Below are positions 1 to 9,260 of a stretch of DNA of 64,000 nt, one piece after another. The stretch comes from a virus: positions 96,001 to 160,000 of the IMG/VR virus record IMGVR_UViG_3300027741_000022, one strand, 5' to 3'. The translations under genes and the position numbers were made by a program. Numbering within the stretch: position 1 is the first letter of the stretch; every line of letters begins with the position of its first letter. The notes under the pieces were generated by a model. It worked only from the letters and a program-made list of their open reading frames with translations, searched no databases and was not told the origin of the DNA.

Positions 1-1
1 T

Positions 2-598
2 ATGGTGTTAGATTATTTTTATGGCAAAAAATATAGAGAGTATATGCCACAACTCAGATTTGTGGAAATATACGATAGCTATGGTCCAAAAAAAGCCGCT
101 GAATTTGTTGAAATGAAACAAGACAATTTGGATATTGTTTTGAGCCCTATTCACACTTCTATGATGCGGGTGTTTTCAAAAATAGAAGGTAGGGTTGAAG
201 ATCCTATGCTTTCTATTATGAAAGAAATGGGCTTCGAAATATGTAGTCAAATTGAAAACACAGAAGTTCTTTTGAATGCTCTGGATGAGGCTATTTATTT
301 TGAGTATGAGGATGTTAAAATACTCGATAATGTTAATTGCAAACTTCCAGAAGGATTCAAACATGACGTTTTGCCCACAAAGCTTTATTCGAAAATCAAA
401 GACATATACCCAGAAGTTATTTTAACCAAAGACAGTAGACAAGACGGATACAGAATGATCAGCACAAATACTGATTGTTTGAAGTTTTTGCCTAATCCAT
501 GTTCGTATTTTGTTCATAACAGTGGTTTTCTTGTTGGGTTCAAGAAATATGAAGATTATATGGTTATATTAAAAAATTACATAGAAAGAGGAAAATGA
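2..598 (+). CDS. MYG1-like (UPF0160, DHH-type) nuclease, 5'-truncated by window
   Basis: C-terminal YFVHNSGFLVGFK resembles MYG1 family FxHxSGF end motif. Confidence 0.5.
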   Translation: MVLDYFYGKKYREYMPQLRFVEIYDSYGPKKAAEFVEMKQDNLDIVLSPIHTSMMRVFSKIEGRVEDPMLSIMKEMGFEICSQIENTEVLLNALDEAIYFEYEDVKILDNVNCKLPEGFKHDVLPTKLYSKIKDIYPEVILTKDSRQDGYRMISTNTDCLKFLPNPCSYFVHNSGFLVGFKKYEDYMVILKNYIERGK

Positions 599-677
599 AT
601 AAAAATTTAATTATTCTTTTTATCTCTTTTATTATGGGAATTGGATTTGTTTTGTTGGTTGAAAATATAGGTGCAAA

Positions 678-1013
678 ATGAGCGAAAACCTTGAGAATGA
701 TTTAAAATCATGCGATTGGATTATAGATAAGTGCAAAAATTCAAAGAAGTATAGTCAAAATTTTTATGCCGCCATCTGCAATAATGATTTTTTCAAAAAC
801 AATCAAGAATGGCACTGTAGCTGGAGAGCCGCAGGCAGAATAGTTTCTGAATTGACTGGGGTTGGAGACTATTTAGATTATTATTGCTCTGGTCTACAGG
901 CTGATTATAGCAATGACGATGGTTATGTTGCAGAAGGCATTGTTAAAAATGAAATAAAAGATGATCTGAATAAACTTGGATGGACAGTCAAACAAAATGA
1001 GGAACTGGCATGA
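678..1013 (+). CDS. hypothetical protein
   Basis: ORF in dense co-oriented run. Confidence 0.7.
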   Translation: MSENLENDLKSCDWIIDKCKNSKKYSQNFYAAICNNDFFKNNQEWHCSWRAAGRIVSELTGVGDYLDYYCSGLQADYSNDDGYVAEGIVKNEIKDDLNKLGWTVKQNEELA

Positions 1014-1225
1014 AACCAAATATTGAAGTTTCTGTTGAAGGAAAGCCTGTTGAAATTGAGTTCATGCCCAGCGCATACCTCGATCAAACATACGATGAAA
1101 TATTCGTGCAGTTAAAAGATTCCGAAGAATATGAAGAAAAACTCAATGACCAAATCACTTTGTACAAAGACGTTAAAACAAATGAAATAATTGGCTTGAA
1201 GATACACTATTTAAACAAAATCTAA
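1010..1225 (+). CDS. DUF2283-like small protein
   Basis: YLDxxxDEIFVQL...D..TNEIIGLKI pattern. Confidence 0.45.
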   Translation: MKPNIEVSVEGKPVEIEFMPSAYLDQTYDEIFVQLKDSEEYEEKLNDQITLYKDVKTNEIIGLKIHYLNKI

Positions 1226-1800
1226 TGGACAATTCAGAAGTTTTATTGATGTTTAGCGGCGGCTTGGACTCTACTGGAGTCTTTTATAAGCTGCTAAAAG
1301 AAAACAAAAAACTTCATATTCATCATCTTCATTTGGTGAATAAAGAAAATAGACACAAGGCAGAAAATATTGCTGTTAAAAATGTCTGTGAATATATGAA
1401 AACGTTAGGAGATTTTGAATACAGCGAAAGTTATCATGAATACCCATGCTATAATAAAAATTTCATGTGGGACAGCGATATGTATAACTTTATAGCAGGA
1501 ACCATATGCCTGTCTTTAAAGAGTGTTAAAGAAGTCGCTTTGGGAATGACAAAATCTGACATAACAAGAAGCGTCACAGACAGAGCAGAGCGTGGCACAA
1601 AAATATTTGAATCTTTCGGCACAAGTGCCAAAAAAGTTTATCCGCTCAGAGACATGACAAAAAAAGAAGTCTTTGAAATGCTTCCAGCAGAATTGAGAAG
1701 TTTAACATGGAGTTGTAGAACACCAATATACTTGCCTGATGGTGATATGAAGCGATGTAAAAGATGCAAAGCCTGTAGCGAACTAATATTTAAAAGATAA
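1225..1800 (+). CDS. QueC-like PP-loop ATPase
   Basis: LMFSGGLDS PP-loop; TWSC and C-terminal CxxCxxC zinc motif. Confidence 0.75.
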   Translation: MDNSEVLLMFSGGLDSTGVFYKLLKENKKLHIHHLHLVNKENRHKAENIAVKNVCEYMKTLGDFEYSESYHEYPCYNKNFMWDSDMYNFIAGTICLSLKSVKEVALGMTKSDITRSVTDRAERGTKIFESFGTSAKKVYPLRDMTKKEVFEMLPAELRSLTWSCRTPIYLPDGDMKRCKRCKACSELIFKR

Positions 1801-1829
1801 AATTACCACTCTAGTATAAGCATCCCCGA

Positions 1830-2798
1830 TTATGTTGCAGTTGGTGTTGCCGTAGCAGTTGGTGTTGCCGTAGCAGTTGGTGTTGCCGTAGCAGTTGGTG
1901 TTGCCGTAGCAGTTGGTGTTGCCGTAGCAGTTGGTGTTGCTGTAGCAGTTGGTGTTGGAGTTGGAGTTGGAGTTGGAGTAATCAAAGGAACTTCTTCGGA
2001 GCCTACTAAAACTTTAAATCCTTCCGGAGGATTAGATACTGAATTATTAATTGATATTTGACCAAAGACGCCATCGTAAGCATATGGACAAGCGCCCGGA
2101 TAAACATCTCCAGATATAGCTGATATGTCTATTCCACCTGTTGTTGTCGCTGGATCTCCATTGTCGCCATTCCAATCTCCGCCATCAACTCTAAACCAAA
2201 TCGAATTATTCATTCTATCAACGGCAACATCCACAATATTTCCATTTTGTTGAAAATTTAAGCCTAGATTGATGTGATTACCATCAAAAAAGACCTTACC
2301 ATCATCCCAAAAACCAATTGAATTAGCATCTCCACCTAGATAATTATTATTGTTTATATCAGCTTGATGGCTTGCTATTCCCACACCTGTATAACTTTCA
2401 TAATTACCATAAACTGTTACCATGCTGAAAACAACTTTTTCGCCACTTTTTATTGCATAATTTGTTAAAACTATTGTTTCGTCTGCACCACTGTCATCTG
2501 TAAATGAAGCCGTGCAATTATTGTTACTTAATTCTATATAATCCCCAACATAGTTTGGATCAAAAGCAAGAAGCCCCACGGTTTCAAAGGTTCCTATGCC
2601 ATCACTATTTTGAAAAGTTGTGTTATTGAATTCTTCGCCATCTTTGCCTGAAATTATCTTTTTATTACCAGCATTATCTATTTCATACATATTTAATGTG
2701 CGTTGTAGACTTTTACCGTTCAGTATAGATGAATCTAAACTGCCTTCTGAGGCGGGATTAATTAAACCAGGGGTGAGTTTGATGTTGTAGTTTGACAT
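1830..2798 (-). CDS. SPRY/ConA-like beta-sandwich protein with Pro/Thr/Ala tail, possibly virion-associated
   Basis: GxDANSIGFW..G.V..G.IVDVAVD....IWFRV SPRY-like pattern; (TPTATA)n C-terminus. Confidence 0.55.
   Translation of the reverse strand: MSNYNIKLTPGLINPASEGSLDSSILNGKSLQRTLNMYEIDNAGNKKIISGKDGEEFNNTTFQNSDGIGTFETVGLLAFDPNYVGDYIELSNNNCTASFTDDSGADETIVLTNYAIKSGEKVVFSMVTVYGNYESYTGVGIASHQADINNNNYLGGDANSIGFWDDGKVFFDGNHINLGLNFQQNGNIVDVAVDRMNNSIWFRVDGGDWNGDNGDPATTTGGIDISAISGDVYPGACPYAYDGVFGQISINNSVSNPPEGFKVLVGSEEVPLITPTPTPTPTPTATATPTATATPTATATPTATATPTATATPTATATPTAT
1837..1979. repeat. 18-bp tandem repeat (GCAGTTGGTGTTGCCGTA x~6.5) followed by (GGAGTT)x4
   Basis: read directly; encodes TPTATA/TP linker on minus strand. 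Confidence 0.95.
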
Positions 2799-2800
2799 AA

Positions 2801-2814
2801 TACTTTATATATTA
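2801..2814 (-). promoter_or_regulatory. candidate late-type promoter TAATATATAAAGTA
   Basis: identical 14-mer also at 3269-3282; each lies just upstream of a minus-strand start codon. Confidence 0.4.
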
Positions 2815-2822
2815 AATATAAA

Positions 2823-3257
2823 CTATTTTTCCCAAACTACCATTGCTATATCTTCTTGCGTGGGAATAACAAGGCTAGAACCGGGGAATTTATTTGGAAA
2901 ATGAGTAGCATATTTCATCCAAGAAAACTTTTTCAAGAAGACTCTAATAACAACCTTTTCGGCTATTTTTAACAAATCGTCAACTATATCCAAGCCCACT
3001 AAATTAACTACACCATCGCCAATAAAAACTTCTGCAAACTCTTTTATGTCCCGCCAATCACCTCTTAAAACGGGTTTAGATTGTTGAACAGGATACAAAT
3101 CAATCATAAACTCACAGAGAGGTTGAAGCTCTTTTGTCATTCCAAGTAGACAAATAGGACCGTAGCCCTTAGAATGATGACGATACAACTCCACTTCATA
3201 AGAATTGGGGCAAAGTGGAGGAGATAAATTCTGCCAATATTCTATATCTTTAATCAT
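2823..3257 (-). CDS. hypothetical protein
   Basis: ORF in minus-strand cluster. Confidence 0.65.
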   Translation of the reverse strand: MIKDIEYWQNLSPPLCPNSYEVELYRHHSKGYGPICLLGMTKELQPLCEFMIDLYPVQQSKPVLRGDWRDIKEFAEVFIGDGVVNLVGLDIVDDLLKIAEKVVIRVFLKKFSWMKYATHFPNKFPGSSLVIPTQEDIAMVVWEK

Positions 3258-3268
3258 AATATTGCCGA

Positions 3269-3282
3269 TACTTTATATATTA
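3269..3282 (-). promoter_or_regulatory. candidate late-type promoter TAATATATAAAGTA
   Basis: identical to 2801-2814. Confidence 0.4.
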
Positions 3283-3519
3283 TCTGAAGTTTATTATTAA
3301 TGGATAAATCAAAAAAAACAAAACGTGAAACAAAAAGAAAAGAATCAAAAGTCCCACAGCTGTCATAAAAGGACTTATTGAAGTTATCTGGTTGGCTAAC
3401 TTCTTTATCTTTCTTTTATTTAAGTTGGCTTGACAAGCTAGGTAGTTTAGCTGAACATCATTGATGTCGCCTGTCATGTATCTTAGCGCTAATTCAAATT
3501 CTTCTGGTGTGCAATTCAT
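3280..3519 (-). CDS. hypothetical membrane protein
   Basis: C-terminal hydrophobic helix. Confidence 0.6.
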   Translation of the reverse strand: MNCTPEEFELALRYMTGDINDVQLNYLACQANLNKRKIKKLANQITSISPFMTAVGLLILFFLFHVLFFLIYPLIINFR

Positions 3520-3803
3520 ATTTCTGATAAAAATTTCAAAAGTTTAATTTCTTCATCAGATAGTTTAACATTTACTGTTTTATTGTCAATAGAATCGTAT
3601 ATTTTTTTCAACAATTCGATTCCACCTGGTGTTGCTTTAATGTTTTCTGAATCTTGAAAAGACTCTAATGTGTCTGTGTAATTTTTGAAACCATCTATTA
3701 TCTGCTCTTTTACTGGTGCAATATAACCAATAAGAGCAAGTGCTAAAGAAACACTTATGCCTGTGCATAAAAGAACCTCAAAGAAAGAACTTCCTGTTCT
3801 CAT
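3516..3803 (-). CDS. hypothetical membrane protein
   Basis: N-terminal hydrophobic helix; AAGGAG RBS before ATG at 3803. Confidence 0.6.
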   Translation of the reverse strand: MRTGSSFFEVLLCTGISVSLALALIGYIAPVKEQIIDGFKNYTDTLESFQDSENIKATPGGIELLKKIYDSIDNKTVNVKLSDEEIKLLKFLSEI

Positions 3804-3851
3804 AAAAACTCCTTTATAAGTATTTATGAGAACCAAAGAATAAAATCTTTT

Positions 3852-3869
3852 GTTTCCTCCCGGTACGCT
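3852..3869 (+). promoter_or_regulatory. conserved phage promoter-like motif copy 1
   Basis: GTTTCCTCCCGGTACGCT upstream of gene run. Confidence 0.7.
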
Positions 3870-3935
3870 TGTTCGTTGGAGTTCCTCGTGATGTTATTGT
3901 TGCTGTAAGACTTCCAGTGAAAAAAGGAGATAACC

Positions 3936-4223
3936 ATGAAGTGCATTTGTTGCGGAGCCGAAACTAAAAACTGGATTAAAGAGGATGATATCAATATCCC
4001 TAAATGCAGGGAGTGCTATAGATCAATTCCAGGATCGGAACTTCTTAGAACCTTTTGCTCAGAGTGCCGCCAACCCATGCTGATTACAGATCAAAAGCGT
4101 TCATATTTATTGTCATCGCGTTCTTCACCCAAATGTAATGATTGTGGAAACTTGAAGAAAATAGCAGCCAATGGTACTAATTTGACTCCTCGACAGAAAA
4201 TAGGATCAGGCAAGACAAAATAA
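3936..4223 (+). CDS. zinc-finger protein
   Basis: four CxxC pairs; GGAG RBS. Confidence 0.65.
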   Translation: MKCICCGAETKNWIKEDDINIPKCRECYRSIPGSELLRTFCSECRQPMLITDQKRSYLLSSRSSPKCNDCGNLKKIAANGTNLTPRQKIGSGKTK

Positions 4224-4224
4224 A

Positions 4225-4407
4225 ATGACTACCAAACAAGTTTTGCAGTGGCTTAAAAATTTGACTGAAGACGATATTATTGAAGGCAACGAAGATTGTT
4301 TTGTTATTAGGCAGTGCGAAGGCGTTGCTGCTAACTTAGAGCTTGGTGTTTTTGATACAGTAGATTTCCCTGAATGGATTAAAGAGGATGAATATGACAA
4401 CGCTTAA
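4225..4407 (+). CDS. hypothetical protein
   Basis: ORF in dense run. Confidence 0.6.
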   Translation: MTTKQVLQWLKNLTEDDIIEGNEDCFVIRQCEGVAANLELGVFDTVDFPEWIKEDEYDNA

Positions 4408-4744
4408 AAAGACAGCTACTCTTGAAAAGCCGGTTCTAATCAAAGGCAATGGAACAAGCCTTTGGTGTGAGCCAGAGCAGAGTCATTGCGATTTCGTCAT
4501 TGAAGAAATGTTGATTGAAACTTGTGTTGACACAAACGATAAGCCATACGAGCTTAGGTTGTTTGGTAAGAACACACAGTGGTTTCAATACACTGATGAA
4601 AAGATTGAGACCCAGGTTAAAAAGAATTTTCTCAAGATTGTTCAAGAAGCGTTTCCCAAGTATAAGGTGATTAACATTACTTGGAGCGAACAAGGTATGC
4701 AGCCTGAAAACGGCTGGAGTTTTGATGTGGTGCTGGATGATTAA
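4388..4744 (+). CDS. hypothetical protein
   Basis: ORF in dense run. Confidence 0.65.
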   Translation: MNMTTLKKTATLEKPVLIKGNGTSLWCEPEQSHCDFVIEEMLIETCVDTNDKPYELRLFGKNTQWFQYTDEKIETQVKKNFLKIVQEAFPKYKVINITWSEQGMQPENGWSFDVVLDD

Positions 4745-5018
4745 TAATAAAGAGCTACTTGACAGTTTTGCAACTATTACTTTGGGCGAAGCTATCAAGC
4801 CGATCAAAGATAAGATAATTGCAATTGAAACTGAAGAGGAAACCTTTTATTACTTTGACATTGCAGAAGGAGAATTGATACTGTATCCGGAATCAGATTA
4901 TCGGAATCCACAACACCAATGGTCGCTTGGCACAAAGGTAAAAATTTCTGGAACTGATTTAGAGATTGAAGGGAAAAAGTTAAGTTTTCTTGTCGGCAAA
5001 TTACATCAATTTAATTAA
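4737..5018 (+). CDS. hypothetical protein with N-terminal KELLDSF motif
   Basis: ORF; start re-assigned to ATG at 4737. Confidence 0.65.
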   Translation: MINNKELLDSFATITLGEAIKPIKDKIIAIETEEETFYYFDIAEGELILYPESDYRNPQHQWSLGTKVKISGTDLEIEGKKLSFLVGKLHQFN

Positions 5019-5029
5019 GGATTAATAAA

Positions 5030-5452
5030 ATGCGTCTTCAAGATTGTCGGATTGGTATGAATGTTGTTTTTGGCACCACCAGATACGATGGGTTAAAGAC
5101 CAGAGGCACTGTTGTTAAAATCAATAGAGCCAAGGCTAAAATCAGAACAATTGACGCCAGGGGTAGGCATCCTGTTGGCGCAATTTGGAGTGTTCCTTAT
5201 TCGTTTATTGATGAAGTCAACAGCTTTGGCGTTGTTGTTAAAGATTCGTTGTCAGATAAGTTTATTGTTTACAAAAAGACTGATGGAATTTATGACGATG
5301 GAAATGAAGCCGAAGAAGTTACTGTCAAGTGCAAAGTAAACGATGACTATGTGAACGTTGTTTTCTCAGGCGGTAAGATGCGAATTGAATCTTGGAATGG
5401 CGTTCAAAACGTAGTGTTGCAAGAAGTTAATTTTCAAAATAGTTTGGGATAA
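5030..5452 (+). CDS. hypothetical protein (SH3/KOW-like N-terminus)
   Basis: G..V.F...RG.VVKINRAKAKI pattern. Confidence 0.55.
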   Translation: MRLQDCRIGMNVVFGTTRYDGLKTRGTVVKINRAKAKIRTIDARGRHPVGAIWSVPYSFIDEVNSFGVVVKDSLSDKFIVYKKTDGIYDDGNEAEEVTVKCKVNDDYVNVVFSGGKMRIESWNGVQNVVLQEVNFQNSLG

Positions 5453-5463
5453 AAATATCTGTT

Positions 5464-5496
5464 GCCTCCTTGTCTAAATAATATAGACAAGGAGGT
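5464..5496 (+). promoter_or_regulatory. 13-bp hairpin occluding AAGGAGG RBS of next gene
   Basis: GCCTCCTTGTCTA / TAGACAAGGAGGT, CTAAATA at loop. Confidence 0.6.
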
Positions 5497-5500
5497 AGTC

Positions 5501-5629
5501 ATGGATGACGATTTATCCCAAAAAGAGTTAAGAGAACTTGTTTGGTATAGTTTGCTAATATCAGTAGGAATGCTTATTGTTCAGTTAGCTTTTAGATATT
5601 TGTTTAAGTATCTGCTAACACAAATCTAA
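5501..5629 (+). CDS. 42-aa single-pass membrane peptide
   Basis: manual translation MDDDLSQKELRELVWYSLLISVGMLIVQLAFRYLFKYLLTQI; strong RBS. Confidence 0.6.
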   Translation: MDDDLSQKELRELVWYSLLISVGMLIVQLAFRYLFKYLLTQI

Positions 5630-5679
5630 CCTAATTACTCGTTTTAGCTCCTCTAGCTACTGGCAAAAGAGGAGTTAAA

Positions 5680-6132
5680 ATGAGTAGAACAAAAGTTTCT
5701 GTAGTAGCAGAACAGATATTAGAAGATTTAATAAATGGAAAGCAAACTTATAACAGGAAGCTAGGAAGCGAAATTGAAATTCTGGCTCCTGTAGTTGAGG
5801 AAAATAAAACTGGATTAAAAACCTGGTTGTTGTTAACTGCTTTTTGCTTTGTTGGAATATACTACGGTATAGAGTATTCTAAAAATAAAGTAACAGGTGT
5901 TGCAGTTAATGAAACCGGGGAGTTATTGAGTGACTCAAAGGTTGTTTTTTATTGTGTAGAAAATGAAGAACAACATACTTGTAAAACTGATGAAAAAGGT
6001 AATTTTAATACAAGATTACCAACAGGTAAATATAAGTTTTGGGTAAAAGATCATGGAAGCCTGGACACAACTAAAGTAACCGTAGAAGTAGCTGGGGAAA
6101 GTAATTACAGAGTAACTTCGTTTAAAAAATAG
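5680..6132 (+). CDS. membrane-anchored carboxypeptidase-regulatory-like (transthyretin fold) protein
   Basis: TM helix then VTGVAVN..GE.L..TDEKGNF...LPTGKYK. Confidence 0.6.
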   Translation: MSRTKVSVVAEQILEDLINGKQTYNRKLGSEIEILAPVVEENKTGLKTWLLLTAFCFVGIYYGIEYSKNKVTGVAVNETGELLSDSKVVFYCVENEEQHTCKTDEKGNFNTRLPTGKYKFWVKDHGSLDTTKVTVEVAGESNYRVTSFKK

Positions 6133-6159
6133 GTTTTCAATACTAGTTTAAATAACAAA

Positions 6160-6231
6160 GCAGTTCTGGCAGAGAAGTTATGCACTTCACTTGTAATGAA
6201 GACTAGGTGGGCGCGATACCCATGGACTGCT
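6160..6231 (+). tRNA. tRNA-Thr(UGU)
   Basis: GCAGTTC/GGACTGC acceptor; CTTCA-CTTGTAA-TGAAG anticodon arm; atypical T-loop CGCGATA. Confidence 0.75.
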
Positions 6232-6288
6232 CTTAAAATCACCAAAACGTTTTCGAAAAAATTTTACGGCATTTTACTTATATACTAT

Positions 6289-6879
6289 ATGAGTAAATTA
6301 AGCCCATCAGAGTGCGGAAAACTTGGTTACGAAAAAACAAAAAAAATCTTTGAAGAAAGACGAGAGTTAGCCCGGCAATCTTATTCAGATAACCCAAATT
6401 GTTGCCAATATTGTGGGGCTAAATTAGAATACGAGTCCAGGAAAAATAAATTTTGCACCAGATCTTGTTCTGCTAAAGTCAACAACGCAGATAGACGTAA
6501 AATAAGATTATGTTTGTATTGCAACAAACAACATAAATCAAAAAAATATTGTTCTCAGCAATGCAGAACAGATCTGGAGTGGCAGATCAAAAAAAATAAA
6601 ATAAACGAAAGCGGTAAAGTTGAAGGATCAAGACAAGCACGCCGCTATCTACTTGAAAAATTTAACAGTTGTCAAATGTGCGGCAATGATACTTGGCTCG
6701 GAAAACCAATTTTGCTTATATGTGATCACATAAATGGAAATTCAGAAGATTGGCGGCTTGATAACTTAAGAATGATATGTTCTAATTGTGATGCAACCAC
6801 ACCTTTCTACAAAAATAAAAACATGGGAAATGGGAGAGCATATAGAAGGTTGAGATATAAAGAGGGAAAATCTTTTTGA
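6289..6879 (+). CDS. HNH homing endonuclease with N-terminal Cys-rich repeats
   Basis: CQMCG...CDHINGN...DNLRMICSNCD; start moved to ATG 6289 because upstream part is tRNA. Confidence 0.8.
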   Translation: MSKLSPSECGKLGYEKTKKIFEERRELARQSYSDNPNCCQYCGAKLEYESRKNKFCTRSCSAKVNNADRRKIRLCLYCNKQHKSKKYCSQQCRTDLEWQIKKNKINESGKVEGSRQARRYLLEKFNSCQMCGNDTWLGKPILLICDHINGNSEDWRLDNLRMICSNCDATTPFYKNKNMGNGRAYRRLRYKEGKSF

Positions 6880-6919
6880 ACTTGATTTGGTTTTAAAAGT
6901 TGTTAAAATGAATGAAAGT

Positions 6920-7198
6920 TGCCCGATAGCTTAACTGGTAGAGCAAGGGATTTTGTTAAAAACAGGATGCTCTAAGAGAAATTTTAGAAGTAGAATTGCT
7001 TAAATTCGGTGAAAGCTTTAAAATGCCAATACCGAGCCAAGCCTAAGAAAAATCTTAGGAAGGTGTAGAGACTTAACAGGCAACACCTAAAGCTAACGCC
7101 ATGGTGAAGATAAAGTCCAGACCACAAACAGCAATGGTAGTGAAAACTATAGTGGTAAGTGGTTCCCTAGGTTAGAGGTTCGACTCCTCTTCGGGCAT
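6920..7198 (+). tRNA. tRNA-Gln(UUG) with group I intron
   Basis: TGCCCGA/TCGGGCA acceptor; AGGGA/TCCCT stem; spliced loop TTT|TGGT. Confidence 0.7.
6954..7159 (+). ncRNA. group I intron (IC3-like), ORF-less
   Basis: core motifs AAATTCGGTGAA, GCCAATACCGAGCCAAG, GGTGTAGAGACT, AAGATAAAGTCC; terminal G. Confidence 0.85.
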
Positions 7199-7214
7199 TT
7201 TTAAAATAACCCCC

Positions 7215-7421
7215 ATGACCCTCCAAGACATAACTTCCGATTTAATTGAACACCTTCAGCAAACCACCAAATTGCCTGCCGGTTGCGATTTAAGCGACTT
7301 GGGCAATGAAATTGGTATTGCTATTGGCAAACACATAAACAAAGATAAAATGGGCTACGAATTAGATTCTTTTATAGCCGGAATCAAGCACGGTGTTAGT
7401 CTGGTTGACGGGACGCACTAG
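7215..7421 (+). CDS. hypothetical protein
   Basis: ORF. Confidence 0.6.
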   Translation: MTLQDITSDLIEHLQQTTKLPAGCDLSDLGNEIGIAIGKHINKDKMGYELDSFIAGIKHGVSLVDGTH

Positions 7422-7534
7422 CAGACGAAGCAGAACAGCGTAGGACGGGCGACAGCAACCGGGGCGGGATTATGGATGCCCGCCGGATCATGCCCACAGA
7501 CGGCAAGCAGGGCGTTTTAATAATAGGTATTAAC

Positions 7535-7723
7535 ATGATTAAAATTGGATACATGTGCAAAACAGATTATGAGCATGAATTGGGCTCTGCTGTTGGTGGA
7601 GTTATTGTTTATACTTCAATAGAAGATTTGAAAGAACATAAAAAATGTTGGCAAGATTGCGGTATAGTTGAAGTTTTGGTAGAATTGAATCTTCAAGTCA
7701 CAAAAGAAAAAGAAGATGAATAA
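7535..7723 (+). CDS. hypothetical protein
   Basis: ORF; start re-assigned to MIKIGY. Confidence 0.6.
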   Translation: MIKIGYMCKTDYEHELGSAVGGVIVYTSIEDLKEHKKCWQDCGIVEVLVELNLQVTKEKEDE

Positions 7724-8165
7724 TTCGTTTCTACTGATATTTTTACTTTTAACAAACATTTCATTTGCTGAAGACTATGTTCTTCTTAATATTGATGTAG
7801 AAATTGATGCTGATCAAGAATATGTTGATCTGCCAGCTATCTCAAAGCAGAGTGAAAAAACTGAAAATCATATTGGATATGGAATCCATTTAGATGAATG
7901 GAATGTTAAAAACTACATCTCAAGAATTCACTTCAAAGAAAAACTTAAAAGTGATTCAATAATTAAAAAGAATACTCTTATTGTTTTGAATGGCAAACAC
8001 GAAGTTGAAAAAACAATTGATGGAACATTTGCACACAAATTTTTCGTAAAAGAACCAAAAGAGATAGAGTATATTGCCTGTGGAGTCTATATTGACTATT
8101 ATAGAGATTTGCTGGGAGAAAAAGTAAGGTTGGTTGGTAGATCGTTTCCAGAGAATTATCGATGA
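7716..8165 (+). CDS. hypothetical secreted protein
   Basis: signal-peptide-like N-terminus ending SFA. Confidence 0.6.
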   Translation: MNNSFLLIFLLLTNISFAEDYVLLNIDVEIDADQEYVDLPAISKQSEKTENHIGYGIHLDEWNVKNYISRIHFKEKLKSDSIIKKNTLIVLNGKHEVEKTIDGTFAHKFFVKEPKEIEYIACGVYIDYYRDLLGEKVRLVGRSFPENYR

Positions 8166-8761
8166 TAACTTTAATTGGCGATTTGCATGGTAAGTATAAA
8201 CGTTACCATGAAATAATCAGAGAAAAAGATCGCCACCCTTATACAATTCAATTGGGGGACTTTGGATTCGACTACAGCACGTTAGATAATGTTGATCCAA
8301 AAAATCATAAGTTCATTGGTGGCAACCATGATAATTATGATAAAGTCAATGCTGTTTCTCATTATCTCGGAGATTTTGGTTATACAACTTTAAACGATGT
8401 TGACTTTTTCTATTATAGGGGTGCATGGAGCATCGATCAGATATATCGCACAATAGGCATAGACTGGTGGGAGCAAGAACAAGTTAATATAGAGGGCTTT
8501 ATGAAGGCAAGAGAACTCTATCGACAAATAAAGCCAGACATTGTATTAACTCATGATTGTCCTGAAAGTGTTACTCCTTATCTTTTGCCTCCCGGTAGTA
8601 GAATATTTCAACAAAATACTGGCTGGGCTTTGCAAGAGCTATTTAATATTCATCAGCCAAAGATTTGGCGGTTTGGTCATTATCACAAAAGTTGGCAAAT
8701 GAATATTAGTGGTACAGATTTTAGATGTTTAAATGAGTTGGAAACAGAGGTGATCAGTTAA
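8162..8761 (+). CDS. calcineurin-like metallophosphoesterase
   Basis: GDLHG, LGDFG, GNHD, THDCP, FGHYH motifs. Confidence 0.9.
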   Translation: MITLIGDLHGKYKRYHEIIREKDRHPYTIQLGDFGFDYSTLDNVDPKNHKFIGGNHDNYDKVNAVSHYLGDFGYTTLNDVDFFYYRGAWSIDQIYRTIGIDWWEQEQVNIEGFMKARELYRQIKPDIVLTHDCPESVTPYLLPPGSRIFQQNTGWALQELFNIHQPKIWRFGHYHKSWQMNISGTDFRCLNELETEVIS

Positions 8762-8980
8762 GCCGAAAGGTTCTTGGTCGCGGGTATCCAAGATTAAATT
8801 AACTTCCGTAAAGTTTCGCAGGGTTTCTATAAGATTGAAACGCTGTTTTAGTTTTTAAATAGGAGTTATTATGATTAGTAGAGAAGCAATTATCTGGACT
8901 GTCGGAGCATGGTTTGGCGGTAGTCTTGTGGGTCTAGTTATGTCTATGATGTTCTCAATCATCATATCAAGGATGCAACG

Positions 8981-9175
8981 ATGACTAACGAAGACAAACA
9001 AGACTGTCTTACTTTACTAAAAGAAATAAAAGATGCTTGTAAGGTGCTCATAAAAAATAAAGATAAAGCTAATGATACCGATATACAATCATTTGCTTAC
9101 GCCATAGATCAATCTGTTGATGTTCTTGTTGAGATTATTGAAAATAAACCTTTACATATTGAAAAAATGCTCTAG
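8981..9175 (+). CDS. hypothetical protein
   Basis: ORF. Confidence 0.6.
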   Translation: MTNEDKQDCLTLLKEIKDACKVLIKNKDKANDTDIQSFAYAIDQSVDVLVEIIENKPLHIEKML

Positions 9176-9260
9176 AACAAAAAACTTTACCGCTCGGGAC
9201 ATTTTCAATGATTTTTGCCAAAAATAACCAAAATATTCCCGCTCGGGAAAGAAAATAAAT

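Noticed and set aside
6196-6288. N-terminal extension of the HNH ORF from 6196
   Set aside because: It overlaps tRNA-Thr; the ATG at 6289 is more plausible.
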